Positions 35,251-49,371 of a stretch of 64,000 nucleotides of DNA are shown piece by piece. The DNA is from Magallana gigas (lineage: Eukaryota). How positions within the stretch are numbered: the stretch's first letter is position 1; each line of letters starts with the position of its first letter. The position numbers were made by a program, and so were the translations under genes. The notes below the pieces were generated by a model that had not been told where the DNA came from, did not search any database, and worked only from the letters and a program-made list of their open reading frames with translations. The DNA is taken from assembly GCF_963853765.1 (NCBI RefSeq), contig NC_088856.1, forward strand, positions 28,582,001 through 28,646,000, read 5' to 3'.

Positions 35251-36915
35251 CTAATTAAAATATTTGATTTTTTTAACACTGCCTTTCCAATACTCACATA
35301 CAAACAGATTGTCATTATTGTCTACAGATAAAGCATAAGGATTCTTCAGATCACAGTTATCAATGTAACAGAGAAACTGTCCATTCTGATTCAGAATGTG
35401 GATACAATGGTTGACACCGTCTGCTGTCAGGATATGACTCTGACTGTCTGTTGTAATACCACGAGGTTCAACTGGTTCGTTCTTGGTAACTGAGGGATGA
35501 CCAGTGTATCTCCATCTGAGTTTCCCGTCCTGATTAACCACCACTACTGCACCAGCTCCACTGTCGGCTACACAGATGTCATGGTTTCTGTTCTCAGTGA
35601 TGTATTTAATTCTATTATTCCCGGAGTACAAAGGTTTACCTTTATCATCAAATTGAATTGTTTGTTTCTCTGTAGATCTCGAGTAACGGACAACTTTGGC
35701 TTGAGTTTTATCATCACTGTACATGGTAACCAAGAGATCACCAGTAGCGGTGATGCAAAGATTAAAGGGATTCCACTCCTCTAATCTGATCAACTCTTCT
35801 GTCTTTCCAATATTTACTTCATATACTGTATTCAGTTTTCCGTCAGAGACAATTAGATTCCCATCAATGTCTACATCTAAATCATTAGGAAATTCTCCAG
35901 ATTTTGTATAGACCGTCTGAAGGAGCGAACCCTTCATGTTGAAGCATTTGATATTATTGGTCTGTCCACTCGTCCATATCCTGTCATCGTTATAACAGGT
36001 AACATTGCGTAGTTTTTCATGTCCAGTCTCCATGGTGGCAACAAGCTCCGGTTTATACAGTAGTTCTCTGACTGAAGTATTGGGTTGGTTAAGTGACAAG
36101 AGATTATCTCCGGTAGTAGTAGATAATGGAATAATCTTTCCAAACAAGCAATACATCTTCGCATTATCTATTGGTTTTGATATGAATGTTGGCATTGATA
36201 CGTGAACTTTGGGTGGTAACTTGCTAAACTCTCTGATCCTAGAACTGTATTTAATTGTAGGAGATACTTCAGTGGATTGTTCGAGTTCCTCTAAATCTAG
36301 TAAAGTTTGCTTTATGAGAGACTGTACCTGTTTGATTTCATTTAAATGTTTCTGTAAAATGCCTTTGTGTTTTACTTTTATCTCGCTTATTTCAGATTTC
36401 ATTTTGTTGATAATGATTTCGATTTCTCTCTGCCATTCCGCTCCTTGTTTCGATAATTCTGTTGTAAGTTCCTCATATCCTCTGTCCAGATTGGCAAGTT
36501 TCTTTTCCAAGTCAAAGACAATTTCTTCATATTTAGGAGAAATAAGGTTTTCAAATTCTACTTTATCTTTTTCAATGACGTCTTTCTTTGCCTTGTAAAC
36601 CTCTGATAATTCTACAAATGTATGCCCTCTGTGTTGCACAGATGCCATACATGAAGAACAAACCAAACTATTGTTGCAGTCCTCACACTGAAAATCACAG
36701 ATTTTGTGTGAATGGGTTTCACATTTCGGAAAAATGAGGGTTGATCTGCGTTCCTCAAAAGGGACTATTTTATGTTTGTCATATTCATCTAAAATATGAT
36801 CTAGTATACAGGGCTTGCACAGGTTGATATGACAAAAGTCACAGTAGCTGTGTATTATGGCGGTCTCACAAAGGTCACATCGGTGAACATCCTGGGCACT
36901 AGATTGTGGATCCAT
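35251..36915 (-). CDS. RING-less TRIM-like protein (2 B-boxes, coiled coil, NHL beta-propeller), 554 aa, copy 1
   Basis: MDPQSSAQD start preceded by acceptor TTTTGCAG; the ORF-track N-terminal extension is intron sequence. B-box CDLC..CDFC..LCKPC..H, B-box CETH..C..C..C..VCSSC..H..H, heptad-rich middle, and NHL repeats ([44 protein letters not shown]). Single coding exon. Confidence 0.92.
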   Translation of the reverse strand: MDPQSSAQDVHRCDLCETAIIHSYCDFCHINLCKPCILDHILDEYDKHKIVPFEERRSTLIFPKCETHSHKICDFQCEDCNNSLVCSSCMASVQHRGHTFVELSEVYKAKKDVIEKDKVEFENLISPKYEEIVFDLEKKLANLDRGYEELTTELSKQGAEWQREIEIIINKMKSEISEIKVKHKGILQKHLNEIKQVQSLIKQTLLDLEELEQSTEVSPTIKYSSRIREFSKLPPKVHVSMPTFISKPIDNAKMYCLFGKIIPLSTTTGDNLLSLNQPNTSVRELLYKPELVATMETGHEKLRNVTCYNDDRIWTSGQTNNIKCFNMKGSLLQTVYTKSGEFPNDLDVDIDGNLIVSDGKLNTVYEVNIGKTEELIRLEEWNPFNLCITATGDLLVTMYSDDKTQAKVVRYSRSTEKQTIQFDDKGKPLYSGNNRIKYITENRNHDICVADSGAGAVVVVNQDGKLRWRYTGHPSVTKNEPVEPRGITTDSQSHILTADGVNHCIHILNQNGQFLCYIDNCDLKNPYALSVDNNDNLFVCEYWKGSVKKIKYFN

Positions 36916-39014
36916 GGTTGCTCTGCAAAAACAAATTTTAATATTTAAAAACTTTATAGTGAATAGCACTAAAAAAATATTTACTTGAAATATAAATGTG
37001 CATTCTTAATTTTAATAAACACATCGGGAAATAAAAAGTTGTAGGTATAATATTTTTTAAGTCGAAAATGAAATTGAAACTTTTTTTGAACACTTTATTG
37101 CAATTCACAATCAATATCACTAAAACATTTGTAATTAGTTTGGTCTAAGTAATACAAGTCAATAAAGGAATATCCCAACAACCCCTTTTAAAGACTCTCG
37201 TATTGGTGCATGTATAAAACTGGGAAGAGCTAAAATTGACCTATCCTCGCTAGTGTAATAGATAACACATGTACGTTTTTCTAGATCCTTCTATTGCTAA
37301 TCTTATATTGTATTTGATTCATTTTTTTTATTTATACACAAGATAATTGATATAGTAAAGAATATATATCTAATCTGTAATTTTAGAAAACTGATGCCAT
37401 TCTATTTTAATTTAATATACGAGCAAAGAAACGTGTGACGTCATTTAGCCATTACACATTCTATCAGATAACACCCCTTCCCCAATCTTTCCTTTTTGAG
37501 ATTGAAAATTGAATATCACGGATCACTTTGAGACCTTTTTGGGGATACTAGTAGATATTTTGAGAAGATGCCGTATCATGTGGCTTTAATATACCTTTAA
37601 TGTAACATTTTAAAACAACCCCATAAATGTTCATGACAGTAAAATACACAGAACGTAGAGTGAAAGTAGATTGAATTTAATTTCTTGTGCCATTTATATG
37701 AATCACTTTTATAAAAGACTTAGAGTTAGGTCAAGTACAAAAAATGAATACACACCGTGTTTAGTAAGAATTTATGTTTTTTTAACCGTCTCAGGCGTCT
37801 GGTTACCGGTAACTGCCTAAAACATGGCCGACCCTGCCCTGAATTCTCATAAAAAGGGCAAAATATTAGAGTTACTTTCCTTACGTTATATGTGGTAGTA
37901 TATTTAACCAATTGGGTCATTTGCGCCACTGGTGATATAGCGTTCGATATCAATTCTATTTCGTTGGTGTAAATATTAGACCCATACTCAGAAGGACAGT
38001 ATTAATCATTTTACAAAAATTTTAAGAAAGAGTTTGGAGAACGTTTTACTTGGGAAGTCTAATCTCAACTTTCACGATTAAAGAAAAGTTGTAGCGATTC
38101 TTTTAAATTTTGATTGAAACAAATGTACTTAGGAATACCCCAGAAGGTAACTACTCCATGGTATGATTTATAAAATCTTTTTATAAAGCTAAACTCTAGT
38201 TGAACTCTGTGGCCTAGAAAATGCTTTAACGCATAAATGGATAATTATAAGCAAAATTTAAAAAGAAAAAAATAATTGCTTCAATAAAATAGAAACCTAA
38301 GGTTTCGCTTAAGTGTTATCAAACATATAATCGTGATATGAAGTTAATGTAGAGATATAAGAAAATGAATAATGTGTTGTATTAAATTCTTCATATATTA
38401 TACATGTGTATGACAATTTATTAATATTTTTGTTATTTAAATAAGTACAAATCTAATAATTAAGGCATCAAATGTAGGTAGTAGATCGTAAAACTTAACG
38501 AATATTTTATGATATCTATTGATAATCAAATTAATATAATTAGATCGTAACTATTGTAAAGTTAAATCTAAATAGTATCATATAAAACAAATACATGTTT
38601 ATTAACTTTCAAAAATTCGAAGATTTCAAGAATCCCAACAGGCGTTTATTAATTCCTATTTAACACAACAAATACCCCATTTTCAATAAGATATAAGATA
38701 ACTGACTTTTTTGTTTGGGGGGGGGGGGGGGTGTATAATCATGCAAACCTACGCAACTCGCGTATTTGAAAAAAAAAGTATTGAACTAATAGCATACGTT
38801 ACGTTGGTTTGTTGTGTTATCACAAAGACTCTGGAAAATGTTGACATTTTTACGTCATTTTAAAGATCTGAGTGATAATATTTGTAAACATATTAGCAGT
38901 TTTGGCATGGGGTACTCCCGTTGAGACCGGACTAATTCGTATTGAGCCTGTAGCTGAGAGTACGAGCAAATTTTTACAAAATAGAGGACGAATTCCACTT
39001 TATTCTAAAATGTA

Positions 39015-39016
<2 letters not shown>

Positions 39017-39100
<84 letters not shown>
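39017..39100. repeat. (GATA)n microsatellite, ~21 units
   Basis: Direct reading. Absent at the paralogous position near 57045. Confidence 0.95.
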
Positions 39101-39319
39101 GGATTACAGAAGTGATCTTTATTAAAGTGTTAGGTCTACAATTATTTCTTAATTAACTTACGACATCCTGTTAAAACTCTCATTTGTAATTTTCCAAATC
39201 AAATTCTTATTTTAAACGACAAACACCTCATTATGATAAATGAGTCACTTACAATTAAACCTTTCTTGTCAAACATAACATTAGGTTAGACATATTCAAC
39301 AAATCACTACTGGCTCAAA

Positions 39320-39560
39320 CAGTACTGTAATTGCTATTTGTTACTGATAGAATCTGATATTTACTGATCGTTTTCTGTTAGTACTGAGAATTCCTGATAT
39401 TTACTGATAATTTTACTGTTGTTACTGATAATTGCCGTTGATACTGATATTTACTGATATTTACAGAAGTCCTTGTGTGAGTTCTGAGAATTACTAATAT
39501 TACTAAGATCTACAGTTGGTTCTGGGAATTGCTGAAAATCGCTGAGAATATTTCAAAAAA
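39320..39560. repeat. Degenerate minisatellite built on TACTGATATT-like units
   Basis: Recurrent TTACTGAT / CTGATATTT / CTGAGAAT at ~10-20 bp spacing. Confidence 0.6.
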
Positions 39561-42167
39561 ACAAAACCTTTTTTAACTATACAAAAGACAAAATTCAGAT
39601 TTAACGCAATTTACATGTGTGTATTCAGTATTTATATGTTACAGTATAGAAACAAAGTATACCATTGAGGAAGTCAGCAAGACTCAAAAGCAAGTCTATT
39701 TTCCGTGGCGAAGTTATAACGTCAGAAAAATGGAATTAAAGGCACGCGTATCGTTTTGTGACGTAGGCAAGTTATGTTATACGATAAAGATGAATGAGGA
39801 TAGCCAGTAATAAAGGGCATTGCAACATGTGTATCAATTCATCGAACTGACGCACCTTTGTGCAGGGAATTAGTCTATTTACAGCGATTTTCAGAGAATC
39901 TGCTAAATCTATCGAATTATTCTTATTATGTGAAAACTGAGTAGAGGTATAAATAATATTTCAATCTATATATAGAATCTTTTTTTGAATATATGTTACT
40001 CAACATCTCTATTGAGGTTTGGTCCAGCTAATCATATCAAACTTTATCAAATTTATTGATGACATATTATATTATATCATATTATATTATTATGAAAACC
40101 TACCCTGAAAAGTTGTTTTCGTGATCCATAGGTTTCTGAGTTTTATCTCTAATATTTATTTGAGATCCGTCTGCGTGGTAATAATGTTATCGTGTTTCAA
40201 ACACAGTGTCGCTGATAAAATCAAGCGACGCCATTTTAATGAAATATATAGTAAACTGCACATTTTAGTCGAGAAATGCATTTCAGTCTATGGTCCAAAC
40301 TTTTAAACGATTTAGACGAAATTAATTGTACTCAACACAATAACAGAAGATATAGGTTTGAATCAATTCATAAAAAAATCAATCTGTGTTCTCGGCCAAT
40401 TTTTTGCAAAACAACTTTCAAGATTTAAAAGATTATATTAAACCTTATATTTTTATTATGACGTCATCAAATCCTTACATCTGCATGAAAACCAAAAAAT
40501 GAAAATGAGTTGATTGACAAGACTAGCTGACTAACACATCATGTCGAGAAACAAATTATGTAAATACGTATACTAATTAGACATTCTTATAGATGTTATC
40601 GAATGCACAAATGCATAGAATGTAAGGTTGTGATGAGAACAAAAATGGCTATTTTTCTTTGCCTGAAACTCTGAGTCAATCAATGCAAAAATAAACAACT
40701 ATTGACATGATAAGTTTGTAATCGTATAAATTGAATAGATTAAGTCAGGAGAACTTAAATAGATCGGTAGAAAATACAGAAATAATAATTGTAAAAGAAG
40801 CAAAACTAATGCATACAATTCAATTAATCTACTTGTTTAAACATGATTTTAAATGAAGGAGTTCAAACGCACACCCGTAGCTTTTAGAACAAAATCTGAC
40901 AATGTAAGTAACGTTTATAATTTTTTAGCATTTGATAATTATAAATGTTTGGTTTGTATAAACTGCAATTAAGCTTTTTTAGTTATCTCCATTTATGTTT
41001 CTAAAATTCATTTGTCATTTTTTAGAAAAATGAATGAATTTGCTAAACTTTGAGTCCTATTGTAACGTCAGCAAACCCGCGAGCTAGGTTAAGCATATAT
41101 AACAAATTTTTCGCCTTGTTTGTTGTGGTTGAGTTTTTAGAAATTGCAATGCAAGAATATAACATAAGATTATATACTTCATATCTGTATTGTAAGAACA
41201 CTTCAAGATTTTTGCTGAATAATCAAAAAGCTATGTCATGATTGTACTCATTAAAATTTGCATTGCTTGTTTAAAAAATACAATTGTATATAAATTATCA
41301 TAAGAAAAAAGAGTGGTCGAAATGTTTTACTTAGATGACGTTGTAATAGATCTAATTTCATAATTTATTATGATGTACTATAGTCTGTCCCAAGATATTA
41401 ATGCTGCATATTTGAACGATTTTTAATAAAAATACACATACCTGTGACAGAAGTGCAATTAAAATCGATGAAAGGAAAAATTTTCAGGATAACTTCATTC
41501 GCACTTTATCATTTTTCCCTCGTAAAAATTCACAGGAACGAAAACAGATTTCCTACGGAGATTTATAATTGGGAATGTTGACATCTTTTCTCCATTCGGA
41601 AGTACTGAGTCGGGACACCTCGCGCAATTTTTCAACGTTATCATCCGGGCGTGTTCATCTCCTTGGCAGTGGAAAAACCCTGTAGACATTTTATTTTTAA
41701 CAGTGTATTGATACCCGCCAAACTGGATGGGGCGTTTCAAAAAGGAAATCTAAGGATTTTTTCATACTTTTGAATAAACATCGTCTGAACCAAGAGGTAT
41801 TTATAAATATCGAATAATTTTAGGAAATATGCGGCAAAATATCTTGGGACAGACTATAGTATAATTACACATACAAGTCTTGAAAATTTATAATTACTAC
41901 GCTATTTGTGATTTAGAACTGAGCTTCATAAAGGACATTTTATTTGTACTATATAGAAAAGTAGATTCTTAAAGGTACTGAAACACTAACCGGTTCTATG
42001 AGCTTGAGTTTAAACATCGATTTTTAAAGCGCTCACAGGATACATCATCTTTAGATTGTCGTATATGTAACACCAATACAATGTATGTACATGTACTGGT
42101 TGGTTATTTCCGAGACAAATTACAGTTTGTAGACAAAGTTTTATCACCGCCCTCAATATCTCTCTCT

Positions 42168-42243
<76 letters not shown>

Positions 42244-42677
42244 GTATGCGCTAACCATTCAACAATCTCAGCAAAATAAAAATGAATATTTCATATCAAT
42301 CATCGAGGTTTTTTTTTCCATGTCAAGAAAAATTAAAGTGAGTAAAATTTCAATTTCTTTACGTAAAGTAGTTTCTTAAATTTAGGACAATTGTGTGAAG
42401 TATGACCAATTTATTTCCGAGATTAAAGTGTTTAGGCTTTATACAATAAGTAATATATGGATACACAATTGCTAATATCACGCAAGAAGGCGCTTCTAGA
42501 ATTCATTATTTTTGCTTGAAAATTTATACCGTGACAGACGTTAAACGAGCGGTATTTCAACGGAGGCAAAACATAATTATTGGTTGTCCAATAATAATGT
42601 CGACATAGAAGACTTCTTCTTTTTAAGGGGGATAAAATGTTTGAAACAGAGATATATGATCACTACCTGAAACGTTC

Positions 42678-42736
<59 letters not shown>

Positions 42737-43462
42737 TGTGGATGGGTAGGATTCTTATTATCCATCCTTTTGCATACAACATAAAATGTTGAAAAATTAC
42801 ACATTCTTTTTATGCATATTCGATGCATCAATTTATCTTTCTAAACTATATCAAGTTCTATTGATGAATTATAAACTCTCGTAACTATTACACACGCGCA
42901 ATGTACAGCTGCTATATCAATTTAAAATAAGAGAATTATCCACGTTTTAATGGATGTTATACCGGATCATTTCATTTCAGATTTGAAATTAATATTTCTA
43001 TGAACCTGTAAAATATTTTTTTCATAACGATAAAACAAAATACATGAAATCGTAGACATTTGATTTATTGTGGCATATAGAAATTTTCGAGCATTCGGCT
43101 AAAATTTAAAATAATTTGATTTTGAATATATTTTTTGTTTCTGTTGACTGCATTAGTTAATTGTAAAAATTCTGTAAAATACGTGTACGCCCGCGTGAAT
43201 ATGGTAAACTTAAGTAAACGAACAGTCTAAAATTAAATGGGGAAATAGGAAAAAATCGAAATTTTAAAATAATTGTTGATATTGAGGCACGGTTAGCATG
43301 AAAATATTAATGCCTCGATAACAGAGGAAAGAGCCATCCTGCAACTAGGTGACGCTGTCTTTGAATGTTTGCACATTGCAAAAAATGTTTATATCAATTC
43401 GCCGAAAAAAATTTCAATATACACAAAAGTCCCTTTTATTTGATTTGAAATATTTTCGATGT

Positions 43463-45152
43463 CTAGTTTAAATATTTGATTTTCTTTACACTGCCTTCGT
43501 TATACTCACATATAAACAGATAGTCATTATTGTCCACACATAAACTCTAAGGATTCTCCATATTACAGTTATCAGTATAACAGAGAAACTCTCCATTCTG
43601 ATCACATAAACCAAAAGGATACCTCAGATCACAGTTATCAATGTAACGGAGAAAATGTCCATTCTGATCCAGAATGTGGACACAATTGTTGTCTCTGTCT
43701 GTTGTCAGGATACGACTCTGACTGTCTGTTGTGATACCTCGGGTTTTAAATTGTTCGGTTTTTTGGTAACTGGGTAATGGCCGGTGCATTTCCATCTGAG
43801 TTTTCTACCCTGATTAACCACCACTACTGCACTAACCTCCAGATATCATGGTTTCTGTTCTCAGTGATGTACTTGCATTTTATCTTAGTATTGCCTGAGT
43901 ACAGAGGTTTACCGTCATCGTCAAATTGAATGGTTTGTTTGTAGATCCTATGTAACGAACAACTTTCGATTGAGTTTTATCATCAGTGCACATAGAAACC
44001 AGGAGATCACTAGTAGAGGTGACACACAGCTGACGAGGCTTTATCCCTGTAATCTTATCAACTCTTCTGTCTGTTCATTTTTAACTCTATTTACTGTTTT
44101 TGTTCTTCCATTTGAGTACAGTAGATCCCCTATGTTGTCTACGGCTATATCATTTGGGAATTTCCCTGATTTTGATTTGATTGTCTCAAGGAGTAAACCT
44201 TGAATATTGAAGCACTTGATATCATTGGTCTCATCACTTGCCCATATCCTGTGTTCATTACGACAGGTAATATTTCGTTGATATTCATGCCCAGTCTGTA
44301 TTGTAGCAACAAGCCCCGATTCATCCAGTAGTTCTCTGCCTGATGGGTTTAATTGGTTTAGTGACAATATAATTTCCTCTGTAGCAGTAGATAATGGGAT
44401 GATCAGTCCAAACAAACTTAACAACTTCCCATTGTCTATAGGTTTTGGAATGAATGTTGGCAGTGATACCTGAACCTTGGGTGGAAGCTTGATGAACTCT
44501 GCGATCTTAGTGTATTTCTTGAGTTCCTTTAAGGCCAGTGATGTTTTTTTTATGAGAAATTGTACTTCTTTGACCTTATTCAAATGTTTTAGCAAAATGT
44601 GTCTGTGTTTCAATTTAATATCGCTGATTTCAATTTTTATTTTGATAATTACAATTCGATTTCTCTGTGCCGTTGCTCCCCTTGATTGGATATAGCTGTT
44701 GTAAGTTTCCCATATCCTCCATCCAGGTTTGCAAATTGCTTTTCCAAGTCAAAGATAATTTCTTCATATGAAGGAGAAATTAGATTTTCTAAATCTATTG
44801 TATCCTTTTCAATTACTTCTTTCATTGTCTTGAAAACGTCTGTAACATCTACAAAGTTATATCCCTTGTGTTGTTCAGATGCTATGCAGGAAGAACAAAC
44901 CAAACTGTTGTTGCAATCTGTGCACCGAAATTCACAAATTTTATGCGGATGTTTTCCACATTTTGGATAAATGAGAGTTGATCTGCGTTCCTTGAAAGGG
45001 ACAATTTCATGTTTGTCATATTTATCTAATATATGATCTAGTATACAGGGTTTTCAGAGGTTGACATGACAAAAGTCACAGTAGCTGTGTACTATGTCGG
45101 TCTCACAAAGGACACATCGATGTACATCCTGGGCACTAGAACGAGGATCCAT
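43463..45152 (-). pseudogene. TRIM-like B-box/NHL pseudogene, copy 2
   Basis: ATG at 45152 (MDPRSSAQDVHRC). TGA replaces a B-box Cys at codon 33 (45056-45054), there is a 1-nt frameshift near 44655, an in-frame deletion after the coiled coil, TAA at ~44041 and further indels. A 66-bp tandem duplication spans 43537-43668. The paralogous stop is at 43465-43463. Confidence 0.93.
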
Positions 45153-45829
45153 GATTCAAATATATGAAAATTTAATGTCTTATCAGTTACAGTGATAAGT
45201 AAATAGTATTTTGAGAGAAAAATAATTATTACAGGGTATTAACATTTTTTATCTCCATAAACAAATTGAGGAAACATGTTATCTGTACAATATTTTTGCA
45301 GTAAAGAAAATGAAATTAATGGGGTTTTTTTAACTACACTTATTTAAAATTTAGATTTACAATGACATATATACATTTGAAAGAATTTGATTTTTACTAT
45401 AGGAATATCTCGACACACCTTTTTGAAAGAATTGCCCATTGGAATAAAATTTCGAAAAGCTAAAAATCTTAATAATCCTTGGTAGTATCCAAATTGAAAG
45501 TATCAAAAATGTTGGTATTTTTATATTATAATTAATCTTACATTGTATTGATTCTTTCTTGATTTTTCTCCAAGTTGTGCATATTGGAAAATATATATAA
45601 CCTAATCAGTGATGTTTGCTTTTATGTTCCTTTGTATTGTCAAATTGAATTATTTTTAGCAACCGGTTACTCGATTACTTCTCTTATCCAGTAGTGGGTT
45701 ACACGGATGCTTTTTAGTTAAAGATCTATTATGCATCCCATCCTCTTAACCTATCAGTAGAAATAAAAAACGATTTTACTGTCAATGAATTTTATTCACA
45801 GAGAGAGAGAGAGTATTAAATCCTTAAAA

Positions 45830-48417
45830 ACTTACCTGTCTCTAAAACATTCACTTCAAAGACCTTGCAGTATTCTTGTATTGCAGTCTTCTCATGGGCA
45901 AGTCCCCATTGGATTGATGCTCTTTTTTTCCAAGTTGTATGCACTCAGTAGTCTTTTTTTCAAGGACATGTTTAACCAAAAAAATTTCGAATGGATTTTG
46001 AAATGATCTAAATCTTGTTATTTTAAAAAACATACTCTCAAATAAAATAAAGCTACTGTAGTTTTATCATTTATTGAATAGCACAATATTGTGTCAATTT
46101 TATTTTTATTTTTTTTAAGTAGATCATTAAAATGAAGAAATCATCGAAGATATATGGTTTTTTCAAATATGTTCAGGGCTACTGTTGAAGAATTTACATC
46201 ATATTCTCAATAGTGTGTGATTTTAAAAATTCAGAAAAACTGATATCTTGAAACTAAGTATCTTTAAATATTTCATAATGCATCTTTACTAATGAGGTTG
46301 AGGAGACATGCACAGTGTTTTTTGAAAATCATACCTGTTTTTTCGAACAGCTGTAACAATTTGTCCAAAATTGGATGCTGTGAAACGCAGCTTGCGAACT
46401 CTGGCCCACAAGGTATTTTCCCGCTGCCCTATAGTGGTCCATGCAGTCTGGATAATTTGCTCTGGGGACATTGAAAGCTTCTCCCTATAATCATGGTTTT
46501 TAATTAGATAGTGATTCTGTTAGAAGATATATTTAAGGGAAAAAAGCTGATATATGTACCATCGGCTTGATTAGAATATTATTGATACAGTGCAATATAA
46601 ATATGCTGTCAAAATATTAGGTTTAAACATGCCTTAAAAAGGATTACTTGCATTCAGCATCCAAGAAATCTTTACTTTGAAATAGTGCTTGTATCAAGAC
46701 AACAGGACTATCTTAAGTTGTGGGTTCTTTCGACAGAATCCAGTGCATTGCTGTACAAATAAATTAAATCAGAAATATTTTAGTCTGAAATAAAATTCAC
46801 AAAGTGCATGTTTCTGCTTGGCATTAACTTATGAGAATATTGTTAAATAAGAACCTTCAGTTTCTGTTCGTTGACATTTGACATTACAAATATTGAAATT
46901 AAATATACTGCAAGCATTTGTGTCAATACAAATATGCTTGTCTGATTCATTTTTAGTAAAATGTTATAACAGCCATGGCTTAATACAACCAAAAAATAAC
47001 ACTAATATCAAAGTACATTTAATATCAAAATTCCAGATACACAAAAAAGTATCTTATAATGATAAATCTGAAAAAAAAGTCAACACCCCCCCCCCCCCCC
47101 CCAACAAATCAAGTTTAAAAAAAAAAGAATGAATACATCCAACGTGAGAACATATTAAAAGGGAAGAAATTGAACATGAACTGGGAGAACCTGTAAATCT
47201 GCCTAATTGGCTAAGTTGATTATAAAAATATAATCGGTCTTCATCCGTCACCACACGTTTTAAGGCTCTATAAGTGTGTGATATTAGATATATAAATATC
47301 CACAATTTTTACTGAAATTAAGTATTTTTTGTTGAAACGTTGCTTTGAAAATAAAAAAAAACTACATGTACCTGTATCCTGGTTGTTTTGGTGGAAATAA
47401 TTCCTCCATGGTTGTTGTCACCTTTGGCTGTGCTGACTTTGGATGTTTTAACCAACTGCATTTTATGTCGGTTTTGCTTGCCTTCTTATATCTGCAATTT
47501 ATAAAGAATTATGGTAAAAAATATTTGATGGAAAAACAACTGAATATACAGCAATTATGAGAAATGCATGTTGCATTTTATAATGATATCTGAAGAATTT
47601 TCACTCATCATTTACTACCCTTGAGTTGACATCTAATACACATCAAAAGTGAACAGATTGTCCAATGATTTTCAAACATTAACCACATTTTACAATAATA
47701 TACCAGAACACTTGCCCATAAAGGAGAGTTGCTGCCACATAATGACACTTATACCTCCCCATAGGACACTCGCATGATGATGACTCCACCACACCGTTAT
47801 CTTCAGATTCAAGGAATATCTATTGCAATGCATTGTAACATTAAAAAGAGATACAATACATGTACATGTACCTACACTTGTCAACAGACAAAAAATTTAA
47901 TCTTTCTCAATCTGTTGTAATTCATACACACGATCTAATCATACACGTGTGGTACAATAGAATTATCCAATAATCAGATATATAGGTATGTCTGTGCTTG
48001 CTTGCAGATTTGTTTATGCATGTACGATAACGTTAGAAAAATGGTTTGTTTTGTTTTCAAGTATGATTACATCATATAAGGAGCAATCTTTCGAAATGTT
48101 AATGATTTTTTTTATCAAAAGAGTAAAAGATATGTTATAGCCTATACGTGAGTAACAAATCAACAACGCACCTGAACTTTGTATGATATGTCCCTCATTG
48201 ATGCTTGAACATTGGCAGTAATGACACGCAACTCGTCAAACGCGAAACGGAGAACCCTCTGAGACTCAACTGCAGCTTCACTTTTCCTTTTAATCTTTGT
48301 TAAACCCTCAACATAGTTTGCCCAATACAATATCGATAACGCCATATCGCTAGAGGTACCCGGAAGTTAATAATCTCGTCAAATCTCGTTGGTCAGCTGA
48401 CGAGACTTACAGACCCT
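45830..48417 (-). mobile_element. Truncated DNA transposon with spliced SWIM + YqaJ-like exonuclease gene (ISL2EU-like)
   Basis: Exons 48345-48172, 47819-47716 (SWIM: CECPMGRYKCHY), 47491-47372 (SKTDIKCSW), from 47267, ~46770-46650 (WILSKEP, in-frame TAA at 46715-46713), ~46490-46333 (TIGQRENTLWARVRKLRFTASNFG) and ~45930-45838 (IQWGLAHEKTAIQEY). A terminus-like AT|AGGGTCTG lies at 48419/48417, ~70 bp from the ATG. The other end was not found. Confidence 0.7.
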
Positions 48418-49371
48418 ATATCAACCATTAATGATAAATCGCCGCCTAATGATACAATTTTATCATTAAGCGTTGCGAATGCAAATCTTAAGATTTGCGC
48501 ACGAATTGTGCATTGCACTTCTTTGCTTAATTTACAGTGACAGCTTCAAGTACATCGATAAAAGATTTCATGTATATTACTAAAAACATTATTCTTATGC
48601 GTTTGTCTTGAGATTAAATCATTTATAGAGATATATAAGGATTCAAATCACGTGTTTCTTTACATGCATATGAATTTTAATTGAAAGTAAACTTCATATA
48701 TTAAGAATAAAGTTTGTTCAGTCCTTGCTCTTTAGGAAATCAACAGCTCATTTTTATTGCATGTAATGCTTTCGCATTACTTTCACATGAATCTGACTAA
48801 TGATACGCATTCCGCTCATTTCTTGAAAGGGAATTCTTGTTCAGATTTGAAATATTTAACAGCAAAATCAAAAACATGAAAATTTTACCCGTGATTTATA
48901 AATGACACACAAAAGAAATCGGATCGAGGGAACATATATGTTTAATAATAAGTTTAATGTTTAACTATTCTTTTGCTTTTGATATTTTTGGAAACAGATG
49001 GGATACTCTGTAAAATTGAAATCGTAGTGAACATGATTAACTGCATTAAACAGAACAATCTTATATCAAACCGAGACAACTTGATATATTAGAGAGAGGG
49101 TGCTGAAATACAAAGGCACAAGTTGGTTATACGGCAAGAATGGGTAGTACAAAATAATGAGATGAAGACTAGTGGGAAAAGTAATGTCAAGTTTTCAAAG
49201 GAGCAGACATCCAGCACCTGAGTAGTCGTATATATACAAATGCCGTTATAGTATTAAAGCCTATTATAATCCAAGGTGAGGAAATATACGCTGGATATAT
49301 TTGAATATTGATAATTATACTACAGAGGAGTCACGTTTATTCTATATACAAAATGTTAAAATTGTTGATGT

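Larger units (their letters stand above)
34495..39230. repeat. TRIM-like gene duplication unit 1 (paralogous unit ~48605-57180)
   Basis: Collinear non-coding homology on both sides of the CDS: 34495-35250 vs 48605-49371, 36920-38600 vs 51040-54750 (with insertions), and 38630-39230 vs 56630-57180. Confidence 0.9.

Noticed and set aside
35497-36598. Plus-strand ORFs overlapping TRIM-like, ASTE1 and NAPE-PLD genes (e.g. 36209-36598, 50342-50623, 4382-4708, 44686-44970)
   Set aside because: Antisense shadows of real coding frames, with no independent motifs.
36916-36969. N-terminal extensions of TRIM-like ORFs (MLFTIK..., MFEFNF...)
   Set aside because: They are not conserved between paralogs and consist of polypyrimidine tract plus AG acceptor. 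All three copies share the MDP start.
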